Shown: positions 12,985 through 24,346 of the stretch, piece by piece | Layout: each line of letters begins with the position of its first letter | How positions within the stretch are numbered: position 1 is the first letter of the stretch | NCBI RefSeq assembly: GCF_027921745.1 | Contig: NC_079239.1 | Coordinates: 1,178,001 to 1,242,000, forward strand | Direction of reading: 5' to 3' | Source: Schizosaccharomyces osmophilus | Taxonomy: Eukaryota | Length of the DNA: 64,000 nt | Notes under the pieces: generated by a model | Databases searched by the model: none | Seen by the model: only the letters and a program-made list of their open reading frames with translations | Told to the model about the DNA's origin: nothing | Position numbers and translations under genes: made by a program

Positions 12985-13851
12985 TCATTCGCTTGGCTTT
13001 GATTTCGCTCCATATTTGGAGTCATCCCAGTTCTTGGTTTGTTCGCGCTTATTTGGTTTCCAAGCTTTCTGTTTCTGTGTTGAGAACTGTTGGCGTGTAT
13101 ATTTCGTTGGTTTTGGAGGTGGTGTATACCGTGCGTGGCGATTTGTTTCTCTCATGGCTTTTTGTGGATCTCCTTTTTCATATTTATTTTTTAAGAGTTG
13201 ATTTCGGTTATGCATTTTTTGACATAGGAATGCACTGATCTTTATGTTGGTTTCCACGTCCAAATTTAAAAGCCATTTTCTGTACTCTGCGAAATCGAAA
13301 TCTGAATTAGTAGCCTTGTCCAGATGTTCATGGAGAGTCTCTACCCAAGAGTCGTTTGATCCGCTTCGAAAAACTTTTTCGAATACAAAGTCGAACGTTC
13401 TATTTGGACCGGGTTTCTTTACCACTTCTCTTATCTGTTGTCTCTGATGACTTTGGGATTTAGAATAAAGATACATGATTTTTTCTTGGTCAGTAGGAAA
13501 CACCAAACGTACCATTTCGTATATGGTTTCCAAGTCTCGCAGGAAATCATCTAATTCATGTTTATCTGGATTATAAACTTCTGGTTCTCTCGTATTAATT
13601 CGTCTTAAGTATTTTTCAGCCCTATTACCATAAGCGTTCTCAACACTTTCAATTAGGTCCATTGGTTCTTCGGCGATGTAATCTTCGTCAATTTCCATTT
13701 GACTTAATTTTTCGGCCATTTTTTCTTGATTTGCAGCAACCATCTGTTCAGATATAACCTTGAGTTGATCGCTTATTTCCGCTTTGAGATTTTGCATATC
13801 CATCGCACTAACGAAAAATCCAGTTCCTGAATTTTCGGAATCCATTTCCAT
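12985..13851 (-). CDS. Retrotransposon Gag, 288 aa, uninterrupted
   Basis: First ORF after the 5' LTR/PBS; capsid-like segment (PEVYNP..LDDFLRDLE) and basic C-terminus without a CCHC knuckle; ends at a TGA in frame with the protease. Confidence 0.8.
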   Translation of the reverse strand: MEMDSENSGTGFFVSAMDMQNLKAEISDQLKVISEQMVAANQEKMAEKLSQMEIDEDYIAEEPMDLIESVENAYGNRAEKYLRRINTREPEVYNPDKHELDDFLRDLETIYEMVRLVFPTDQEKIMYLYSKSQSHQRQQIREVVKKPGPNRTFDFVFEKVFRSGSNDSWVETLHEHLDKATNSDFDFAEYRKWLLNLDVETNIKISAFLCQKMHNRNQLLKNKYEKGDPQKAMRETNRHARYTPPPKPTKYTRQQFSTQKQKAWKPNKREQTKNWDDSKYGAKSKPSE

Positions 13852-13895
13852 ACTTCTGTTCGTTTAATTTGTAATAAAACGAAACTATTTCCACT

Positions 13896-13910
13896 TTCAG
13901 ATTGGAAGAT
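13896..13910 (-). other. Self-priming primer-binding site
   Basis: Minus-strand ATCTTCCAATCTGAA, 5 nt downstream of the 5' LTR, is the exact 15-nt complement of minus-strand LTR sequence at 9452-9466; it does not begin with the TGG of a tRNA-type PBS. Confidence 0.85.
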
Positions 13911-13915
13911 AAATT

Positions 13916-14303
13916 TGTCACAGACGAAGTCTCACTCGTTATGAGAATAAGTATTCAGTGGAAAAGATGTATGTAATAACAATTACAGTAAATTGTATGT
14001 TTGACTTAAATTGGATGCTTTGATACTACTTAGATTGAATAGTAATAGCTTCCAGGGATTTGCTTCACTAACAAAGTTATATAAACAATTTATTTAGCTA
14101 GATCAGTCAAATCTTCCAACGCTGGGTATATATATATTTCTTCTAAAGTAGCTAACACTGTTTCCTCTTGATGAAGTGTCTTTGTTTAATTGTTAGAAAC
14201 TTCCGTTATTTACATATTGTCATAAAGGGATTCTTTTATATGATTTTACCACAATCTGATAATCGTAGCAAGGCATTAGTGATATTGTATACGGATTATG
14301 ACA
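13916..14303 (-). repeat. 5' LTR (388 bp)
   Basis: TGTCA..TGACA termini; R/U5 similar to the 3' LTR, U3 largely unalignable. Confidence 0.9.
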
Positions 14304-16384
14304 CTGACACTACGCTGTGACAATTGAAAGTAAGTAATTCCCTAAAAGTTATCCAAAATATCATGATGTATGTAACAAAATCCATATACAAGCTAAAAAG
14401 CCTAGCATACGTCGAGCTTATCAGTGTGACAATAAAAGCCAAAAAGCTTACAGTAGATCTATACAATTAAATAAAATCTTGGCTGATATGGTTGTCATAT
14501 CGTGAGATAAATAACAGCTGGTTGCATCATTGAAATAGTGTGTAAATAAAAACTCTTTATGGCTGTAGCAAGCTTGTATGAAAGGCGATTAATGGGAACG
14601 GAAGATGTCAATCACAGGGAGTTGAAAGGAAGATTGGAAAAAGCATCAATACCATAATTCAGCTTCCTTCTTCCTCGCTTCCCTATGTGAATCGAAATAA
14701 GGTAGTTATGTACTGTTGTGAGAAGAACGCTCGTCTCCGTGGCTTTTGATTGTTTTTTAAGGTCGCTTATCCTATTGCATTATGTTCTATCTACCTATCT
14801 ACCTATCTATCTATTTATAACTTAATCTCAACAAAGATTTCCGGGTTCAGGAGGTTATTGGCAGCCTAATGCTATGGCTGCGATTACGAGGAGGAAACAC
14901 GGGCTTTTTGATGTCATTGTTGTTCTAATTGTTATTGACAGTATTCGTCTGTGTCGCCGAAGCATCGCAGTCATCTCGTGTCGTTCTAAAAAAATTGTCG
15001 CTATTTTACGTAGTTCGTAGTTGGTGCTTCCCCATATTACAGTTGTCGATATAAAGAAAAGTTCCTAACTCGCTATACTACTACCGTATCGAAAAAATAT
15101 AAGCTTTTCCCTCTCTTAGCTTTAACGACATTCAATTACGTAAGGTCTCTCGAAAGCTTTGATATAAAACACCCACCTTTGCATGTTTCTTTACATTCAA
15201 TCCTACAAATAAAGAAAATAATAAAATAGAAAGTTTTTGCTTTGAAATATTAAAAGTTTTGATAGCACGGAGAGGTTCTTTCTCAACTTAAGCCGTGAGG
15301 ATTTTGATATGTGAATTACGGTGGTAACCCAAGTCAGTCAGTCATGAATGCATATCATATCATATTACAGTATTACGTTTGACTGTTGTTTATTAGCAAT
15401 CGGTTAGTTCAATAGACGAAGCTTGATTTGTCAAAAGTATATTTATTCTTCAACAGAATGCCATATTCTGTGATGAATGCTTGATCTTCTATTATTCATT
15501 TTTAAAAGAAGAAAATCACCTATCATATCTTATCAACTGTGTCGAAATCAGATACTATGTTATTTTTTATCTCAAATCATAGTAGCTGTCATTAATAAAA
15601 ACTTATCATATATCGCTTTCTGTTCATGGGCTTCAACAACCGCTATGCCCAATGTACATATAATAGACGATCTGGGTTTCACCATCGGTTTCTCAATCCA
15701 TTCTTCACTTCTTGGAGTACATATGGGGTAAGTACTATTACTACTTGCTATGCATACAAATCAAGACATCAGTTTTTTACAAGATGAGTTTGATAGTTAC
15801 TATTCGTGGATGGACATTGAAATCAATCTCCTTCGAAACCAAATTTATTCCGCAATCACAAAACAAACAGCAACATCCATGTTGCTGAATCGTGAGAGAA
15901 TAGATTCGCTGTGTTTCTTATGTCTTCAACCCACCATAAACGAAGCATTGATGAACGGACAAGACAACAATATTCTTCTGTATTGAGTGTATATATACGT
16001 TCACTAATTTGACATTGATTTTACCCATATTTCAATGAGATATTTCCCTATTCCTCATCTATTCTGAAATATGGAACATCCAAACAAGAAGAGCATGCCT
16101 TTACAGCTTTATAAACGATAAGCAAGCACAGCGAAGATTGAAAAGAAATATACCTTTATTGTGATTATAGATTATAAGTAAAAATATTGTTGTCTCTATC
16201 CGTTACAACTTTTAAAGCCCTGAATTGGAATTCTATTTGTGTAGTTTCATATTGCACTTTCCATTATTTTATCTTCAATACACTTGCATGACTACAGAAG
16301 AAGTATTTGTCACAACGTCGAGTCAAGTCTCTAACTCTCCAAATACGCGTACACCTTGTCGCCCTTATATTTGCAAAGATTATC

Positions 16385-16533
16385 AATTCGTTATCATGCA
16401 AACAATCAATTAGCTATAGAAATGACTTGACAGGTGGGTAGGTGGGTGGGCTTGATTGTATTGTATTGTATCGTATCGTATCGTATCGTATCGTATCGAG
16501 TGCTATTAACTTCACGCCCATGGCCGCGTTACG
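16385..16533. repeat. About 150-bp pericentromeric element with (TCGTA)n/(TTGTA)n core, copy 1
   Basis: Reverse complement of 29657-29828; differs mainly in pentamer number. Confidence 0.9.
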
Positions 16534-16954
16534 CTATAATTTGGTAATTTCAAATACAGATCTACAGTTTGCTGTGTCGGCATATCTTGTCTCTTAAGGC
16601 AAATCGTTTAGTCCATTGATAATTATTTCTTAACGAGTGATCCTTTCTCAACCATTCGCTTTTCCAATCGCCCGGCTTATGGTTTTAAAATACCATCTAC
16701 TTTACCGGTTTGAAATACGTAAGTGAGTGTTTTGGAATGAAAATATTTTCTCAGTTCAACTTAATGTATGAGTATGTTTTCTTAGAATGTATTCCCCCCG
16801 CCAAATGAAAATAGAAGAGGATGACAAGATTAGATGAACTAAATAGGAGATCATATAATTAATTTTTCAATTGTATGTTTAATCGAACGCCAATGGCCCT
16901 TTAAAGAAAAGGGAGTAAAAAATTAAAATAGAAATGAAACGAAAAGAAAAAGTT

Positions 16955-17026
16955 TTCCGTTGCGGGGAGTCGAACCCCGGCCGCGTCGGTGAAAGCGACG
17001 AATCCTAGCCGTTGGACCACAACGGA
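16955..17026 (-). tRNA. tRNA-Glu(TTC)
   Basis: TCCGTTGTGGTCCAACGG, anticodon arm CGTCG-CT-TTC-AC-CGACG, GTTCGACTCC. Confidence 0.95.
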
Positions 17027-19483
17027 TTGCTTGTTAAACCAGCAACTAATGCTTTATGATTTACTCATTTAGTCAGATACTAAATTACTTTTTTTATTAC
17101 TTTCATTTGCATGTACACCTTGCCTATACCTAGGCCAAGCCATACTTATACTTCGCAGCGAAACCACCTCTTCATAATCATTGCATTCAGTCAGTCCTTC
17201 ACAACTGCATACTATACGAATGCTTATTTGAACTCTTAATGATCACTCTCGCTTACCACAATTGTTTCCTTTCCCTTTCCCTGTTCCTTTTCATTCTAGT
17301 TTATTTCAACACTATGAATATTTGTTAGTTTATCGGGTTCGTATTAGTCTTTATTAAATAACCATTCTTTTAACGTTGTATTTCTTTTTTTTTTTCTTAT
17401 ATTCCAGAAGTATCAAATCTTTATTGACATCGTCATCATCATTAGGGCGGCAAATGGCTTTATCATTATATATAAATCGTTTCAACGTAGCTAGCCACGT
17501 ACAGAATAGTTATCTTTCCATTGTATTCCCTTTTAATGAATTATTTATTCAGTCTAAGAAGTCAGCAATGAGTGATTATATACCTTGCTTGCTTCAAACA
17601 AATCCTTGTGAAATCTTGTCAACTCAACAAACGATCATACATAAAAAACGGTCTAAACGATCTAATCATGTAAGGAAATGCTGAAGGATAACGTAAGTTC
17701 TTTCTTCTTTCAGTTGCCGGCTTGACAAACAGTACACTCAGTATACATATTCATTACTTGAATTGAATCAACCCGCAAGCCAAGTCGAGTCATTCACGTA
17801 TTATCTATAATTTTTTCATATACATTAGTACGAATCCACTATAAGATCTTTCAGTTCTTTAGAGCGTATATAAATTATATACAAAGACAGTGGTTGTGAA
17901 TAAAATTCAACAAGCGAAATCACGTAGATGCCTTTTAAGTTCTTAAAAGTAAATCAGAATGTTGAGCCATTCTTCCCAATTGAACGCTATTTACCACCAA
18001 ATAGCGAAAATATTAGAAAAGATGAATTCAGTTACGATAAACGGATGGAGAATATGTTATTCTACTACTTTGCCCTAAGACCGAAACGAGGGATTCCTTT
18101 AATTCTCATGTCAAAAAGAGTCCCGTTGAAGGGCTATCATTTGAGCCAATTTTATATATATAATAGATTCTTGGCTGTATGATTTGATGACTAATGCGTT
18201 TCTTTTTTTTTTTTTTTGTCCTTGACCTCACTCAGTTAAACTCAATGCCAAAGTCAAAGCTATTGCCGAAAAAACGGCGAGCAAATGATCGAAAATCAAC
18301 CAAACAAGTAGATTTGCAGGAGCCCAAGTATCATCAATAGTATTTAAATTGATATACATGGTACCTTGAAATTGGTCAGCATTTGGTCACAGATGATTTT
18401 ACCTTTCGAGAATGGTTCATTAAATTTAAATACGCTTATTTGCAGCGCTTTAGAATGAAATATTGTATCAATGTATTCGGTAAAAAGACGGCAAGAAACA
18501 TAGATAGAGACAGAGACAGAGACAGAGATAAAGATAAAGACAGAGCCTGATATAATTTCTTAGATACCATCAATATTGAATATGACTGAATAATTGCAAT
18601 CCTTCAACAGAGATTTTCTCTTCGATCTAGTATCGTATATGATATATGATATTTGCACACGAAAGAAGTCAGAAATAATACGACACGGTTAAGCAATTGA
18701 CGAATGTTGCTTAAATTCGTAAATGTTTACATAGGAAAGGAGGAAACTGAAACATAGAGCTGCTTGTTATATTACAAACCATACAAAGGCCTTCCCTTTA
18801 CAGTTTACAAAATGAATTCGTTCGTACGATCGCTAGATAGTCGGCATAATAGAGGGGAAAACTAAACGAACACAACAATACTACAGTACTCAAATAAAAT
18901 TCTTAAATTAAACAGAATAAAATGCAGTGATAAACATTAGCCTCACGGAACAGGGTGCTTAGAGAGTGCACGAATTTAAGGTAGGATGTACGCGAAGCAA
19001 CATGAGGACGCTTGTAATGCATGTACTATGGACAAGCGAACAGCTTTCAGTAATTGGATTGTTTTGATAGGTTTGGATTCTACTTAAACTGCATAGTCAA
19101 GACAAGTATAACAGTTTGAGACAACGTATATTCATATACAGTTGATTATTCAGTATTCAAACCAACCATTACCGTTTTCATATATGTTGTCAGAGCTTCC
19201 CCACTTTCTACTTGATTTAGTGATTGGCAAGCGAATTCGTTAGAAGGCACGGATTTGACAACGTTAGTTTTGGATTTCAAAAGACAAAGACGAAGAAGAA
19301 TGGTCAAAATAATTGTGTAGTATTGAAATTTCTTCTGCTAATAAAACGGTATAATGAATGAATGGAAAATCTTGAAACCGTAATAGAAAGTTACATGTGT
19401 TTCTTGGCTAGCCTATCGCTCAAAATCTTGCAACGATCCCCTAGAAGTTCGTGACAATGTTTGGTATGTCAATTTTGTCTACT

Positions 19484-19562
19484 CAAACACAAACACAAAC
19501 ACAAACACAAACACAAACACAAACACAAACACAAACACAAACACAAATACAAATACAAATAC
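19484..19562. repeat. (CAAACA)n/(CAAATA)n hexamer microsatellite
   Basis: About 13 tandem units; produces a spurious poly-HK ORF. Confidence 0.95.
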
Positions 19563-20521
19563 TGGCTAAATATAGATTTCAAAGATGGCTGTACGAACCT
19601 GAACCGTAGCGCTTGTTATCGCAATTTCGTTCACTCATGCAAACCTGTTGATTCTCTATTTGTCATAAACTTTAACGCTAAACTCGTTTCGTTGATATGA
19701 AATTCGATACAGTGGATCTGCGCAAAGCTACAGCGATGGATACTGGTTTTTAAACCCATTCATATACGCTAAAATTGACTGACATCAGTCAAGCTTTTTA
19801 GATTTTGTTGAGGTTTCCAACTATCCGACAATAACTCCATAGAACATCAACGCTTCAAGCGATAATTTACATCATGAACGATGTATTTTCTCTGTATACA
19901 TACTGAAGCTCTATAATTCCTGCTCCCAAACCTCTCGATAATGGTGGAGCACGTCATCCATCTTACATCTTAGCATTGAATATATGCTAAAAAGCTTTTC
20001 ATTTAATATATATATATTATATCTTCTATATAAGGTTCCGGAATAATTTTGCATGAAAAAAGTTCCTACCAAAAACCTCCCGGTCCAAGGCAGAAAAAGT
20101 TACTGTTGAAGAGTAGATTAGAAAGTCTAAAGCTTATAAGATTATGCTCCTATTCGCTGGTTTGCTGGCTAAACTATATGCTTCGGCGTTTTGAGCCTAA
20201 GTGAGATATTGCACTATACTGAATCTTAATCGATCGTTGCTAAACATTGTTGAAATATCGTACTTGCTCTCCATATGTAGAATCATTATCCTGTTTTAGG
20301 ATCGATTACAAATCTATGATAACTAGACTTTCGACTTCAAAAATATACCCTCTAAAGGTTATTACGGGTAATTGAAGCATCTAAGCATAAGATTAGAGTT
20401 CTATATTAAAAATGCTGCTTATAGAAAAAAGTGGATCCTTTTTACTATCAATAGAGTAATGGATACTCTTAAAGTGTCATCAATTGAAGTACAATTCAAA
20501 CGTCATAAAGGGGCTTCTGGT

Positions 20522-20797
20522 AAAAAACTACCACAGGGATAACCGGCTCGTGACAACCAATCGTTCATAACGAGTTGCTTTTTGGTTCGCCGACGTCGGC
20601 TCTTCCTATCGTACCGAAGCCGAATTCGGTAAACGTTGGATTGTCCACCCACCAAAAGAAAATGTGAGTTGAGTATTCGGACCTCAAGAGATAGGCTAGT
20701 TTTACCCTACTGATAGTGTGTCATCACAATGATAACTCAACTTAATACGAGAGAAACCGTTGATCCAGATCATTGGTATATGCGGCTACCTGATCAG
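20522..20797 (+). pseudogene. Degenerate 25S/28S rRNA fragment (peptidyl-transferase region to sarcin-ricin loop)
   Basis: Conserved LSU motifs TACCACAGGGATAAC, GTCGGCTCTTCCTATC, CGTTGGATTGT, TAGTTTTACCCTACTGAT and a mutated SRL (AATACGAGAGAAAC vs AGTACGAGAGGAAC); no other rDNA nearby. Confidence 0.92.
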
Positions 20798-21806
20798 CTG
20801 TCAAGTCGATAATTATACGATGGCACAATAATGCTTGTTGCACTTCTTAATTTTTATACTTTGTCAAAATTGGCAACCCGATTTTTATTCCGTGCTGAGT
20901 TAAAAACTGGAACTGAAATTATTATGGGAAAGCCGTAGATAATAGTAGTTATCCTATGTTGAAAATCAAAGAATCCACAGCTTGTTAAATATGTATTTGA
21001 TTACTTTGTGTTCGAAATTACTCGGTAGATAGATATTGAAATATGAACCAGTCCGTCTAGTCAGCAAAGTTGCCTCAAGACAGTTGTTATAAGCTAGGTA
21101 AACCAAGGTCTGTAATTCAAGAACATTTGGTTCAAACGGTATGTTCTGACACAAAATAACTCTATTTAATTCTGGTTCTTGCTTTTTAAATTATGATTAC
21201 GTATTTAGAGCACTTCTTTTCTTCAGGCCCATTTAAGAAAACTTAAATATATAAACAAAAAAATCACTTACAATGAATAGAGAGCAAAGTACTTTCACCT
21301 TTTCACTTGCTAAATCATTTTTTGTTTTGCGGATAATCAAACATTAACATAAAAATAACATACAGTTTTTGAGAATGGACACGCCTGTCTGCTTCATAAA
21401 CTTGTTCCGTTTAAATTACCTTAAAAAATGGATTTTTAAAGTGAGCTTTACAAAGCAAAACAGATGCATATTCGTACCTCAAACGACATTATTGCTTCAT
21501 AACCTTAGTTAATGCAACTATATGACTTTACACCAAATTGTGATGAATATTGTACTTGATTGACCTCTTTTGTTTGTGTATGCCATATCATGTACAGCTA
21601 TGAAACTGTATAAGTGCAAAATTGTAAACAAGTAGAGCAATAAGGGAGACAACAAGAGGTCAGTAAAAGAGTAGTAGAACTTGTAAGAATATAGAATCAA
21701 AGTTTTTTACTGACCAAGTAATTTTGCAACAATATCATTTGAAAATGACAATGAAAATGAATGAAGAAAATCAAATATGGAAAGAGAAAAAGAAAAAGAA
21801 AAATTT

Positions 21807-21915
21807 TGACCAGTGAGGGATTCGAACCCTCGCATCTTTCGATATAGCAAGACTTGATTGAACAGTCCAAGTTTTCACTTGAGTGCTACGCCATAGACCG
21901 CTCGGCCAACTGGCC
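21807..21915 (-). tRNA. tRNA-Leu(CAA), intron-containing
   Basis: GGCCAGTTGGCCGAGCGG, TAGCA-CT-CAA-G, about 27-nt intron, long variable arm, GTTCGAATCC. Confidence 0.92.
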
Positions 21916-22672
21916 ATTGGATGACTGCTCTTTAGTTAAATAATATATCAACGACTTTCTACCTTTTTATTTTTTATTTTTGTTTTTAATTTTTTTTTTT
22001 GGGGGACTATCTCATATCTTACCTGCGATCATCCAATGCAACAACCCATCAACCACCTACCACCTACCACCTGCTAAATACTGTTACTTTCTTTCTGCCT
22101 TTCGTAACGTACTTATCAAATAGAAACGAATTTTTACAATATGAATTGATTTTTTATTCGTCGGTTCCTCCTTCTTGAAAATAAAACAATTGTAATAAAA
22201 CAAAAAAAAAAGAAAAAAATGAATTTCTTCTTGCATACGATGGTGATTCTGCTTTATTTTTTTCCCCTTTTTTTTTTTTTTTTGTTTTTTCACCAGTTGA
22301 CTGATGATGATAGCTCATAGATAACACAGCATAGAAAACAGCTACAGCTATTATGACTATACCATCGCTCGAAAAAAAATCCTGTTCCTCATTTCTTCTA
22401 CTGTATTTACATACAATCACTGCAAAGCTTTAACAATCAGTGACAGTGCAAGTATTATGGGAACTTACTTACATAGATGCAAAGAAAAGAAAATTCTGTA
22501 AAAGTAACAGCAACAACGATTTAAGAAGATAGGTATGAAGACTACACTAAACTCGAATTATTTTGATTTTAATTTTCATTTTAATTTTTATCCGTAATTA
22601 TCAATAATGAAAAAGAGCTTCGCAAAATTAGATAGTAGTGAATATATTTTTAATGGTAAGCATCATAACAAG

Positions 22673-22756
22673 TCCCGGGTAGCTCAATCGGTTTAGAGCG
22701 TCTGACTCTTATGAAAGGTCATCAGAAGGTTGCGAGTTCGAGTCTCGCCTTGGGAG
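22673..22756 (+). tRNA. tRNA-Lys(CTT), intron-containing
   Basis: TCCCGGGTAGCTCAATCGG, TCTGA-CT-CTT-A[TGAAAGGTC]ATCAGA, GTTCGAGTC. Confidence 0.93.
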
Positions 22757-22945
22757 TTTCTTTTTTATTTCTCATCATAGCTAACTATAATAATTTGCAT
22801 TGATAGAGTACTAAGTAATAAACTAATCAAGATGATATTTAGGATAAGCAAAGTGGAGACATTTCAAAGGCCATAGATGGATATAAAAAGAAGGGTAAAA
22901 TTAAATAAAAAGAAAAGCAAAACATTGAAAGAGGAAAAAAGATAT

Positions 22946-23018
22946 TGACCCCGCCAGGAGTCGAACCTGGAATCTCCTGATCCGTAGTCAGGCGCCTTGA
23001 CCATTGGGCCACGAGGCC
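22946..23018 (-). tRNA. tRNA-Arg(ACG)
   Basis: GGCCTCGTGGCCCAATGG, CCTGA-CT-ACG-GA-TCAGG. Confidence 0.95.
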
Positions 23019-24267
23019 TTCGTTAGTAACATTGTTATAGTATAAAATTATATTACACATAAAATAATAATTCTATTGAAATAAAAAACTTTTTTCTGCT
23101 TGTCTAAATCCAATTAACCAATTTTTGGGCATTACCTTTAGTGCAACTTCTTTTGAAGCAACATGATAAATTAGCTTACTCCTAATCGGTGCAATATAAA
23201 TTCTTGGTTAGTGTGTTTGTATATACGGTTTGTATAAGCAATTGCATTAACGTATGTATACGCCGTTTTGCACGGCCAACGCCTAGTTAAGCTAAATCAA
23301 TTTAAGTTATAATTCACTATTTGCATATTTCCACCAGTTGTACTGAAATTATGGAGTTTTTAATTTATTTTTTTTGAATACATGCTCATTTAATGGCTTG
23401 AAAAGTCAATAACAGCTTGTTATTAAATTTCTGCAAATCAAGGTAATCATTTTGATAGTTATTCTCGTCACATGATCGTCTCGCATTCATGATCAAGACT
23501 TTACTGTCACCTTCCCTCACGATACGTGATCTCTCATTGCTTTTCAACTTAACAAAATGTAACGACATACGATTGATGATTCCAATATATTTATGAATTC
23601 AAAAATTGACTTACGGTTTTTTTCCTGGTAGGTTAAGTAAACTTTCATGGGATAAAATATTAGATGAAGGGTTGTTTAGAAAATTGCAATCATCGTAAAG
23701 GCCACCCGCCAATTTCATCGTTACTTTTTGCTAAACATAACTAAGAAATTTTTAATGATGCAGTAACTGCTGACTAGATTTCAAATCTAGTTCAACATTT
23801 ATGTAAATTCTGGCAATTGGATCTATAGTAAGTAACTATTAGTTATATGTACATATAAATATATATTTTTATTTTTCTACTGATATAATGATCAAAAAAT
23901 ACATTAAAAGCGAACTCGCAAAGATGCTTTATTTTTTCTATGCCTAACATATAATACGCCAAAATAAAAATTTAGAAGCCAAAAACTAAGTACATTTACC
24001 TCTATGTTGATGTTCGGAATGAGTATACTATCAAACAAGTGCTAATTGCAAAAAAGTTATACAAGTGGACAATTATCGCTTATTTATTTAAATATAGCAT
24101 TAACCACTGCATCATACAAGCAGAAATTTGTGCAAAGCAGTAGTACGTGCCGAAGTAAGAATACGATGAACGGAATCATGTGCCATGCCAATTACAGATT
24201 GGAGGGGTCTATAGAACGAATGTATCTTGATTATAGATTATTGTACAAAAATAAGCCATCAACGAAC

Positions 24268-24346
24268 GGAAGGGTGTCCGAGTGGTTATGGAGCTAGTTT
24301 AAGGCACTAGTGCGAAAGCTCGTGGGTTCGAGTCCCACCCCTTTCA
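24268..24346 (+). tRNA. tRNA-Leu(AAG)
   Basis: GGAAGGGTGTCCGAGTGG, CTAGT-TT-AAG-GC-ACTAG, variable arm, GTTCGAGTCC. Confidence 0.92.

Larger units (their letters stand above)
9258..14303 (-). mobile_element. Full-length degenerate Ty3/Gypsy LTR retrotransposon (Tf1/Tj/Tcry-like)
   Basis: TGTCA...TGACA LTRs at both ends; flanks CTGTC (9253-9257) and CTGAC (14304-14308) form a 5-bp TSD with one mismatch; gag-PR-RT-RH-IN order; PPT and PBS present. Confidence 0.95.

Noticed and set aside
17928..18182. 84-aa ATG ORF
   Set aside because: No family recognised and no supporting signals; a relic cannot be excluded
19461..19700. ORF with a poly-HK tract
   Set aside because: Translation of a hexamer microsatellite
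23773..23791. Palindrome ACTAGATTT-C-AAATCTAGT
   Set aside because: Isolated AT-rich 9-bp dyad, expected by chance in 64 kb
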